Origin: Botryllus schlosseri
Taxonomy: Eukaryota
Length of the DNA stretch: 64,000 bases
Assembly (NCBI GenBank): GCA_051294905.1
Contig: CM119372.1
Location: forward strand, 33,172,001 to 33,236,000
Reading direction: 5' to 3'
In this document: positions 53,447 through 64,000 of the stretch, piece by piece
Position numbering within the stretch: the first letter of the stretch is position 1
Layout: every line of letters starts with the position of its first letter
The notes under the pieces: generated by a model
Told to the model about the DNA's origin: nothing
Databases searched by the model: none
Seen by the model: the letters and a program-made list of their open reading frames with translations, nothing else
Translations under genes and position numbers: made by a program

Positions 53447-56032
53447 GGCGACAAGTCCGGCACGTCGATAACTAAATTCTCCGATTTTGCAGTAATTTAT
53501 ACGAGTTACAATGTCGGAACTAGTCGGAGGAAATAGACACTGCCAAAACAACATCGTTTTTTAAACCAGTTCACTATTGTCATGGAACTCTTGACCTTGG
53601 CTTATCGCATGTGTTCAAGTTAATAATGTAGCCTCCAAAATTTACAGCAATCACAAAGAATCGGACTTTTCAACCCACATTTACAGATCAGGCAAGTTGG
53701 TAAAACCCCCGTCTTACACCAATATTTTCTCAGCATTCCACTTCTACAGTCAATCCCCAGACCCATCACAAATGTAATACGCGCCAATGTGTCTTGATAA
53801 TGCCGAAAATACCAGATTTATAGATACAAGCTGTGATATCCCACACGACAACAGTTGTACCAACAGTTATCGCACAACCGACAACTGGCAATTGAAGGAT
53901 TTTCAGGGAGAGAAGACTCGAAATTTCGTAACCTCGTGAGTTGGAACAGCAGATCAGTGCTTAGTGATCTGTAACATGACTCGGCAGAATTTTACGCCAA
54001 AGGCCTTCCCTTACCATTTACTCGCAAATATGACACCCAGATCAGAGTCATGTACAAAATAAAAATACTTCGTAATAAATCAGTCGTTTTAAGGAGTGAG
54101 GGATGTAAAAGATCCTCAAACCAGAAAAATATTGCATGCAAACAAGTGTACATATTTTTCAGTAGGCCTAGCCTTCCATTCAACTTCGCCGGTCATCAAT
54201 GTTAAATTATCCGAGTCGCAACACTAGGTGAGGAATTATCGCAATTTCAATCATAGTTTTTCATCACATCTCACTTTCAGCAACATAACAAATCTCACAT
54301 TATCATATAAAGACAGTAAATTACCAGATTATTCATTGAAATTAGTTTTTTGCCATTCATCACAAATACTAGAATACTGTGTGAATGACATAAGTTTCAA
54401 GTATCCCCATAGGATAGCGGCAATTAGTGTGCTAAGGTCAAAGTACAAAATTCAAGAGTACGTACTCACGTACTCTACCTACTCGCTAAGACATGGACTC
54501 AACTGATAATGCAGCTCAGACTAGTTTCAATTAGAGATAGCCCTCCAGTACTACATTGAAATGGTGTGCAGCAAATTGATATTTGCAGTCACTACACAGG
54601 CCTACACGTTCTATATAAGTATATCTCGATACTGTAATGAATAAATACCATATGCCAGTTATTCTAAGAATAGTAGTTAATTAAAACGCAGTTCAAATAA
54701 ATAAAATATATTCAGGCAGGTCTTAGAATCGGCAGCTGTGAAGCGACATCCAAAAATAATACAGTGCAGGTAATTTGATAGAGATTGCCAAAAGATAATA
54801 CCCAAGACGACCCATATTGACGCAAGTAAGATCGGATACCTTTACCCGTACCAGAATAAACGCTGGGTAATGACAGCATGTTCAATGTCTCAGGGGTCAT
54901 TTCACGGTATCCGATGTTGTCACATGATGACAGATTGCAGACCACTAAAAATACCACACTATCTAACTGTATTTTGCAATGCCACCACTATGGCTAATGG
55001 TCTACATCAATTCTAGACTAGGATGATAAGATAAGTCAGCATATTAGTCTGTGAATTTGCAAGTAATACTGAGTTCTCAAACCACCTAACCTTCAATTGA
55101 ATTTCTTACATAGGCAAGTGAAGGATAAGGCAAACAGTTCTAGAGAATTCAGAATAGGTACCCAGTAAAAATACTACCCTACGTTCTTATCTATATCTTA
55201 TCTTTGAATGTCCACTGAATATCTGAAAATAATGATGGACCACCTCGAAACTGTCTGTTTTGTTCCACCATGCACCTTTCATCAACTTTAATCACGAGTC
55301 AATTAGGTCAAGGTGGCAATATAAACATGAAAATTCAATATTTTTGTATCAGGGTTACTCTGGGGCACAACATATAAAATGGCATAAATGCCAATTACAA
55401 TTGTTAATTATGACGAAGTACAAAAATCTATTGCAGCATCACAAATGTAAGGGACCTCTTTGACACACGCAAAACATCAAAAATTTCTCCCATCATTAAG
55501 TAAATGTAGGCCTACGTCACTGAATGAAGTTGGGTTTCGGGGCTGCTACCGCGTTTCAGATCGACGAGTGGGTTTGATATGGCACACATACTGCCCCTGG
55601 CAGTAGAAATCATGGGCCGTGTAACGGTAGGCCTACCTCAAATTGCACCTTCACGAGTCAACTACATTATGATATCAAAGGGTAAGGAGAAGCCGGCCAA
55701 GACCTTGACTCGTACCAACACCCACGAGTAACCCCGTAACCAAGAGAGCGCATTGACCAAGTGACATGGGAAGCCTTTCAAATAGTTTGATTTGTGTTCA
55801 TGAGGGGCAATTCCCGATGCAGTGCTTTTACCAAAGAATCACCAAACATAAATACAAAATTAGAGTAACTTATAAACTTTGAACACCCGGTTGGCATGAA
55901 AATCAATTTGTTATAAATGCACCAATGGGCCCAGACTGACAAAGGTGGCTGTTTTCACAGTAAATACAGTGTCACTGAAGGGCATACTGCATAATGACAC
56001 AATGAAAAGGAAAATTGCGTGGGACGTTGCCA

Positions 56033-56583
56033 CAGGGTTGTAACCAAGTCACTAGGCTCCGAGTCACAAGTTAATCCCACTTTTATAGTTTTGACTCGAG
56101 TCCAGTCGGGTCATTTTCAATTCACCACAGAGTAAAGTACGAGTCCAAGTCAACAATCAGAGGGTCAAGTCCGAGTCATGGTATTATGACTCGAGTCCGA
56201 GTCAAAGTCATTGTGTTAACCGTTCAGTTCCGAGTTAATGTCATGTGAAACCCACTTTGTATAACTCTGCTCGGTGATATCGAATGCTTCGCATTCATAA
56301 AATACTAATTTCCCTCACTTTTAGCAGTTTCTGGTCGCATTTTCAAGTAGGCTACCAGTACCAATAGACGAAATCCCAATAGTGTGGTTACTTTTCTATT
56401 CTTCGAAATGACAATGAAATGTCGGTCTTGGCCGTCAGAGTCTCGAGTCATATGACTTGGTTCGAGTCATACGAAATGACTCGAGTCTAAGTCGAGTCAA
56501 TACACAGATTGACTCGAGTCACTTGGATCGTATTTTGAGATGACTCGAATCATTGGAAAACCGTGACTCTCATTACAACCCTG
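56033..56583. mobile_element. hAT-type MITE, CAGGGTTGTAA family
   Basis: TIRs intact; TSD cgttgcca/tgttgcca. Confidence 0.88.
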
Positions 56584-58997
56584 TGTTGCCACCAATTCCA
56601 CTCCAGCAAGGGTGGCCTGTAGCAACATAGGGTTGTAGAATTTGTCTGTTTTAGCTAGCCATGCCTTCATGATACGACAATCACACGGTCAGTGCAAAAT
56701 GAGATCCAAACGTGAAACAGGAAGGTTTTGTAGCAAAATGACCTTATAGAAATACCGTAGTAGCTTTTACTCTCGGAGGATTTTGGCTCGGGTATATCGT
56801 CCGAAGGGGCCCACAGGATCAGAGAGGTGGGAAACGAGTGACGTAGCAAGTCTGCTAATAACAAGTCTACCACAACAATGGTAATGTTGGTCCTGTTTAT
56901 CGTTTTATATAGTAAAAACTAGGAATGGTGTGGATGGATGTTCACGTTCACGTTCTGTGTGTGAACCTCAGAAATTCAGAGGTTCAAGTTCACAAACGAA
57001 CCTTTGTAGGTTCTGCACTGTGAACCTTTTCCATAAATCACAATTTTTTACCTCATTACAAGCATTTCAACTTGCGACCACATAAAATAAATCAACACTA
57101 AACGAGCACAGAAATTGACAATCTTAAAAATTTTACTTGATTTGTTAGAAAAGTTTGCTTAAAATATTCAGCTTTGCATTTGTGAATATTTGGTGACTCT
57201 CTGCTGTGAGCTTGACCCAACCTCAAGAAATAAATGAAACTAGGAGTAGGTAGTCAGTGAACTATGAATAACCTGTTTAGACCTATGGGATAATATCGGT
57301 AGCAAGCATAGAAACCCCTTGTACACTCAACTCAATATGTAGCGTCAGAAGTCGAATACATTGTTCGGTCTGGCCTAAAAAGGTCCGCGTTCACACGAAC
57401 CTGAACCTGTTGGGGGTTCACAGCATCCCCAGCAAGGACCATTGTAATGTAATAATGAAATGATAAAATAACCATCAGCAATGCCACCTTTGCTCTCCCA
57501 TAAATCGCTATGGGCCGTGATGATCATGTTTGGCAAAAGAGATTTTCTTGTCAGAGCCTTTACTCTTATCTCAGAAATTCAGACACATTTTCACAAACAA
57601 TAAATCATTGGGAATTCATTGTTTCAGTATCAATTGACATGGGCAACACATGATTTGATCGACAACCACTATAACAATAAGTAATAACCATAACAAAGCA
57701 GACGACTAAAACAAGCTATACCAACCTATCGCAAAGTTCCAAAAGAGCAAACAAAATTCACTGAGATTATTCTGACAATCCTCAAGACATCAACTACTAT
57801 AGCTAGACTAGAGGCTAATAGTCAACCAGAGGTGGCTAAAGTAGTCAATGTTGCTACTAAAGTAGAAGAAATGTTGGTAAATTTGCACTCAACTGCCAGT
57901 TAACATTTTCAAGTAAAAAAAATGAGTATTCTAGGCCTAGTTTTTCCTAGTAAACTTGGAACATCCAAGTAGAGGTATAAGTAGGCTAAATCAGAACAAC
58001 TTGTGCGCTCTGCCCTCTGGTCGCCATCCATAAGATTACCATAGTTCTCAATTCAACCGACTAGTAATAGGCATTAAAAAGGAGTGACGTTACTCCCCCA
58101 GGCCTGATTGGAATCGCTGGCCTTTTTGCCTGATATATCAGGTGAGCAGCGATGATTTTCCAAGTTAAAGTAATTTAGTAAAAAATATTTAAAAAATGAA
58201 ATATAGTGTGAGCACAGGACACCGATTCCGAACAGGCATTACATACGACATTACTTCACATATAGATGGCATGAGTATGACTATAAACGCAATACTACAT
58301 ACAGAATTGTCACACAAAGATATACGTAATGGCATGGATTATTAGGCTATCGTCATTTCATCAAGATGTTCATCAAATTAAAAGATCATAAGATTGCGAT
58401 ATAATGAAAAGAGAGGAAGGTGAATATACGACTTGAAGCGTCTTTCAACCAGACACCCACCTTGCTGTTGCACTGTGGAGCATGTAAATCAGAGGCAAAA
58501 TAAGAGGGCACTATTTAGCTAATAGTTCTTGGAACAGGTATTATCACCTAAACTAGAACAACACTTCTTCACACAATCATCACTTACGGCGCTTACCTAA
58601 TTGTGATACTATGGTAGTGGTATGGTGATGTATGTCCTTGACATAGTACGATGACAAGACGAAATCCAGACACATACTCACAGAATACAGTGATATAGTT
58701 CATTTGATGCCCATCCGACACCTCACGAAACTCACAGAGAATGAGGAGATCCTGTATAATCCATTGAGAAAAATTATTCGTTCGAGAGATCTTCGAAGAA
58801 TACCAATATCATGACATTGATACATCTGGCTCGGCTAACAAACCTTGAAAAACGTTCTCATATGCGAAAAAAACCCAGTAGGCTAAGGATCAGCAGGCAG
58901 CATGCGTGAAGCCTACGATCGCTACTGATGACGAGGCAACATTACACCGGCTCATCGTATTGCAGTCATTGAGCCATGAACAGCTGTAAGTCGTAAC

Positions 58998-59266
58998 CAG
59001 AGATGGGCGGATTCCCAAATTTCGGGATCCGAATCTATCCGGATCCGGCTGGCAATGTGAGATTCGGAGTCCGGCTGTTGAAGGTCCAGCTTGGAATCCG
59101 AAAAAATCCTGCCATAACAATGCTAATTAATCATATTGCAGCAAAAAATCCGGCTAAAATCCGACCATCACCGCAAATTCAAAATCCGGATCCAGTCCGG
59201 CCAGGTAAAAATTCAATGAAATCCTGCTCCGGCTCCGGCTCCTGAACCGGACTGTGGCCATCTCTG
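58998..59266. mobile_element. hAT-type MITE (CAGAGATGG TIR, ATCCGG repeats)
   Basis: Perfect TSD GTCGTAAC. Confidence 0.88.
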
Positions 59267-59454
59267 GTCGTAACGCACCACTGAACATATACATTTTAAA
59301 TTTCATCCCAATCGCAATGATCGTAATCGTGGGGATATGTATTTTCATACGTCCCAGACATGCAATGGACAATGGGATACAGCGAACTTAGCTCCATGCA
59401 GTGAAACAGATAGAAGGATGTTGTATCGCAGCAGTTACGGTTTCTTATGTAACA

Positions 59455-59912
59455 TGTCGGCGCGTCCATGTCGTCCAAATATCGTATGATCGACCGAAAA
59501 GATCATCGCTCTATCAAATATGCCGGACCTAACGTGTGGAACAGTATCACGCCGGCCATCCAACAGTTGGCGAGCATGTCCATTGTCCACATTCAAATTA
59601 AAATACAAGCAATATGTACTAAATAAATACTAGTCCGCCCTCCAGACCACCGGACCACGACCTGACCTGACCTATCGATCTCGCCTTCCGTGACATGCCA
59701 CCCAATCTTGTCGCTTGCTTTTTATATACTATCTTCTTTTACTTTTCATCAAGTGTGCATGCCTACTCTTCACATCGGGTCGACCAAGGTATGGGTGTCT
59801 GATTCCAAAGACTACTCCAAGTCGTTTCGACGACTTCCTATCTTTTCATTGTATCGCAATTTTTGTGGTGTATCAAACTGAAAAAATTGCCTATAAACCG
59901 AACTGAACTGAA
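59455..59912 (+). mobile_element. Second, shorter copy of the same LINE 3' end
   Basis: Matches the reverse complement of about 6150-6575 (gatcgaccgaaaagatcatcgct..gtgtggaacagtatc); ends in AACTG repeats. Confidence 0.85.
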
Positions 59913-60256
59913 TTAAACTACTAACAATCTTACATCCACCTCGGCTACTGCCCGGTCATCCTAATCATCAATAATTACCGCCAGACTACAATGTTTTCAT
60001 CTGATAGACACAACACACAATGTATACAATGCGATGTAATGAACAGGTAGAAGATGCCGAACTACCGGTTGTGGTCTCTGAAACTGACATTCACCTCGAC
60101 CTAGCGCCCGATGTCACGGTTCTTTTTCGATCTTTTTTCCGCAGCTCTTTATTCTTGCTCTTTGCATTCCTTGGTGGGTGCGTTCTTGCATTGGGTCTTT
60201 TTCTGGGATTTTCTGTCGCCATAAGAACTGCGACGCGGGGAAGAGGAGCACAGATG

Positions 60257-60318
60257 AATGTCCGACGCGGAATCGAACCCGGGTAGCAGGCGCTTGTCGT
60301 AACCACAACGCTAACATT
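60257..60318 (-). mobile_element. tRNA-like/SINE head (degenerate); a second degenerate one at about 60466-60530
   Basis: Minus-strand A box TAGCGTTGTGG and B box GGTTCGATTCC, spaced too closely for a full cloverleaf. Confidence 0.55.
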
Positions 60319-61776
60319 GTTCGAGCTTGATCTTTCGTCTGTTTTTTCTTTATACGCTCTTACTGGCTCTTCGTGGGGTACCCTTCTCTTTTACTCCGTA
60401 AGACGAGTGACTCAGAGGAGAGGCGCCAAGATACATCTACCACGGTTGGAAAGCGTGCTATTATTGGCAGTAATCGAACCAAGGTTCGCCTGCATCAAAG
60501 ACGATAGATTTGACCACCAACTTTCCCACTCCAACACCATGTATGGCTCTGTGTTTATGGACCAGTGTTGGGATCAAGTCACTATTTGAGTCAAAAGTCA
60601 TCTCGAGTCATTGCACATTTTGACTCCATATCCAGTCAAGTCAGGTCACTCGATAATCTAACGTGACTCGAGTCAAGTCAAGTAACTAGTCAAACCAAAG
60701 TTGAATTTCCAACGTACGTGACATGATTCAAAGACGTAGCATTTTGCTAACTGTTTTAAATACAAGTGGAGCCCTATTTATTCTGAACCGAGGAACGAAT
60801 AAAGAGTTGAGTTATGAGTATACACGAACGCAAAGGCGATGTATCGCTCACGTATAGGGCCTACGCAGGACCAAAACAGACCTCCCAAAAAACGTTGGTA
60901 TTGGACCCCCATAGGACGATAAACCAATGCGAGATGACATTTGTCTTGTGGAGATCAGATTTCTTGGACAGGAACAAGCAAATCCCTCGGCTCAGTGAAA
61001 TTGGTCTACGTCTGACTTTTTCTTGGTCAAATAAAAGGCATATTGACTATAATTTTTGTCCGGCTTGCCCAGGGGCGGGAAACTTCTTCATCCGGCGGGC
61101 CGGATAGAGGAACATGAACTTGAGGCGGGCCGGATTCCTGAATTTTTTCAAGAGTTGAGGGGAGCTCCCCCGGGGGGAACGCGCCACAGATCCGTCCATC
61201 CTACCCTACACTACCCTTTGTACATACAATTCAGAGACGCACACATTCCTGCAGTTGCGAACTATGTATAGATTGGGCGACCGATTCACGGGCGAGCGCA
61301 TATCGGTGATATGAATGTGATCAAAATTCAGTATAATTTACCTCTAGTCGCGCGAAGCGCGAAAATTTTTTGCATATAATTGAATGAATTTGATCAATGA
61401 TATTTGTGAGTGTATGAGCAAGTGGTTTCTTCGAAAATTTACAGCACGTATAATTATAATTTTGAACATTGATCATGGCATAAGAATATCCATTCATGAG
61501 CTTATCGCAGATTATTCACTTCCGGCGGGTTTATTCTTATTAATTACTTTGTTGAAAACTCCTGCTTCACCCGTCCTCCTGGGAATGGCATGGCCACATT
61601 TGCCCCTGCCCAGCAAACACTCGATGTCCAGCTGACTTCCGGTGGAATTGCCGGCAGGACGTCCGGTAACTTACGGCCGTCACCTCCCTGGAGTGAGTTT
61701 GTCGACAACTAGGGACGTCCTGTCTGCTCTCTGAGTACGTCCGCAATGACGTGTTGTGGACATGAAGCGACTCCTC

Positions 61777-61925
61777 ATGGACGCGGCTGACCTATCCTGG
61801 ACGTCACGTGGTTCCCTATGGACGTGGCTGACGTACTGTGGACGTCATGCCACTCCCTATGGACGCGCCTGACGTACTGTGACTTGACGCCACTCCCTAT
61901 GGACGCCAGTCCACGTACTGCGGAC
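61777..61925. repeat. ~40-bp tandem repeat (ccctatggacgcggctgacgtactgtggacgtcacgccact)
   Basis: About 4 degenerate units. Confidence 0.7.
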
Positions 61926-62732
61926 GTGTTATTCGCCCCTGTTCAAGTCCTCAGGACTCCCTGTGGAATACTTAATGATCTCTATGATTACCTCCTCCAC
62001 TTCGATACCTGCTCTGCTCCCACTACATGGAATCCCAACTACATGGAATCCAACATCATATAAGCTCACAAACTGTTTATATTGGGTTACTGGAAAACGA
62101 CAATTGCAAATTTCAAGTAAAACATTAATTAAAGAACTCTTATTATTTAATTTAACAAAGTTAAGGATTAAGTGAAAATTCGATCACAAAATTATAAAAA
62201 TATGAAATAAATGTGTCGCTAGTTTTAACTAACTAACATGACAAACATTCCAATTGAGGTGCATACGAGAAATTTGAAAGAAACGTGTCAAAGGAATTTG
62301 ACAAAGGACAACCGCTAAGACAATTAAAAACAGACATAAGCAATCATAAGTAGGAACTACCATTGCAAGACGTAAAACGATGCATCGGCTGTACCGCATC
62401 ATGTTAAGAGCGCGTATTTGTCTTTGGCAATAAACTTTGGTTGCAACAACAGGTTTCTTCTCAGTCCTTGTTTTGCCTGAAGCACATAAAAACAATGTCA
62501 GCAAATTGTATGTAGATACACTCTTCATAGCACATGAAATATGTATCAGAACTTCACTATATATTTCCACTTGCATTAATTGTAATATGTCTTGTAAATC
62601 GCTACTTCTATTTGTACTTGAGTGAAAATTTATGACGATACTATGACTACTGCGTCTATTTGAGTGTGGAGAGCTTCTGAACTAGCGATACAGAGTATGC
62701 GTCAGCCAATCAAATCAACTTGTGGAAACACC

Positions 62733-63217
62733 CAGGGCTGTAATTGCAATGAGTCGAGTTGCGATTTCTGGTGACTCAAGTCTTTTTCTCAAAATTTGGA
62801 AATGACTCGACTCGAGTCAATCTATGTAATGACTCGGACAAGTCATATGAATCGAGACTCGGACGGCTAAGACCGATAACACACTAGTGTAACCACACTA
62901 TTGGTATTTCGTCTAATGGTAGCAGTACTTGAAAATGCGACCAGAAACTGTTAAAGGTGAGAAAAATCAGTAGCCTATATTATAAATGTGAACCGTTGAT
63001 ATCACCGAACAGAGTTATAAAAACTGGATTAAACAAGAATTTAGCTGGAAACTGAGCAGTCAACGCAGTGGTTGAACTTAGTCATAACACGATGACTCGG
63101 ACTCGACCCTATACTCGCCAACTTGGACTTGACTCGGTGGGTAATTGGAAATGACTCGACTTGACTCGAGTCAAAACTATATAAGTGAGATTGACTTGTG
63201 ACTTGGCTACAACCCTG
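62733..63217. mobile_element. hAT-type MITE, CAGGGTTGTAA family, reverse orientation
   Basis: TSD gaaacacc/gaaacatc. Confidence 0.85.
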
Positions 63218-63434
63218 GAAACATCTAAAGTACATACTTGAGTACTTTTCAGAAATTATACTTTCACATCAATTAGTTTGGACAAGACTTGTAAATCACT
63301 GCTTGTACCAGAGTGGAAATACATGGCGTTACTACTACTTCTACTCCATTGATGACACAACAAATACTTCTACTTGAGTGCTGAAAACAACTACGTTTTT
63401 GACCATCTCTGTTCAGAAGCATGCACCTACGACT

Positions 63435-63943
63435 CAGGGTTGTAACCAAGTCACAAGTCAATCTCAATTTTATAGTTTTGACTCGAGTCAATTTGAGTCA
63501 TTTTCAATTCACCACCGAGTCAAGTCCGAGTCCAAGTCATTGTGTTGACGCTCAAGTTTCCAGTTAAAGCCTTGTTAACCCACTTGTTATAACTGTGTTT
63601 GGTGATATCGAATGGTTCTCAATTCTCATTCAAAATATAGCCTACTAATTTTCCTCACTTTTAGCAGTTTCTGGTCGCATTTTCGAATACAAGTACCAAT
63701 AGATGAATTCCCAATAGTGTGGTCACTTTACTATACTTCGAAATTGCAATGAAATGTTGGTCTCGAGTCATATGACTTGGTTCGAGTCATGCGCAATGAC
63801 TCGAGTCCGAGTCGAGTCAATATACAGATTGACTCGAGTAGAGTCAAATCATTTCCTAATTTTGCGAAAATGACTCGAGTCAAGTCAAGTCATAAGAAAA
63901 TCGGGTCACGAGTCGAGTCATGACTCGATTCATTACAACCCTG
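63435..63943. mobile_element. hAT-type MITE, CAGGGTTGTAA family
   Basis: Perfect TSD CTACGACT. Confidence 0.9.
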
Positions 63944-64000
63944 CTACGACTACATACAATAAGCCTCGACATTTCGACTGTGTCCATTTTTTGAAACTAC

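Noticed and set aside
53495..53501. TATAAAT about 50 nt upstream of the SERCA ATG as core promoter
   Set aside because: A single AT-rich motif with no TSS evidence; a non-coding first exon or trans-splicing cannot be excluded
53447..53554. N-terminal extension of SERCA in ORF 53312-53554
   Set aside because: No homology upstream of MEDAY; the ATG at 53446 has strong Kozak context and gives the conserved 118-nt exon
60257..60318. Functional tRNA gene
   Set aside because: A-B box spacing is too short and there is no complete cloverleaf; better explained as a SINE head or pseudogene

Overview
Eukaryotic, AT-rich, repeat-dense animal DNA. The exon structure is chordate-like and an invertebrate chordate such as a tunicate is my guess, not demonstrated. 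(1) A complete SERCA (ATP2A-type Ca2+-ATPase) gene lies on the minus strand, ATG at 53446 to a probable stop at 24882. I traced it exon by exon with GT-AG boundaries and continuous phase: 22 coding exons per transcript, 3009 nt, about 1002 aa. It includes an 18-nt microexon, a 9.3-kb intron and two tandem 86-nt copies of the M7/L7-8 exon that are expected to be mutually exclusive. (2) A convergent, intronless 2.2-kb plus-strand ORF (16243-18441) ends in a clear CAMSAP/Patronin CKK domain, lacks the CH domain, and carries a ~57-aa internal repeat. (3) There are many non-autonomous DNA transposons with 8-bp TSDs (hAT-type), foldback elements, CR1/L2-like LINE 3' ends and tRNA-derived SINE heads. 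Recurrent TA-GGC-TA/TA-GCC-TA micro-insertions look like excision footprints of a TA-targeting transposon. A weakly supported chain of minus-strand exons may exist at 67-5832. No prokaryotic features and no CRISPR array.
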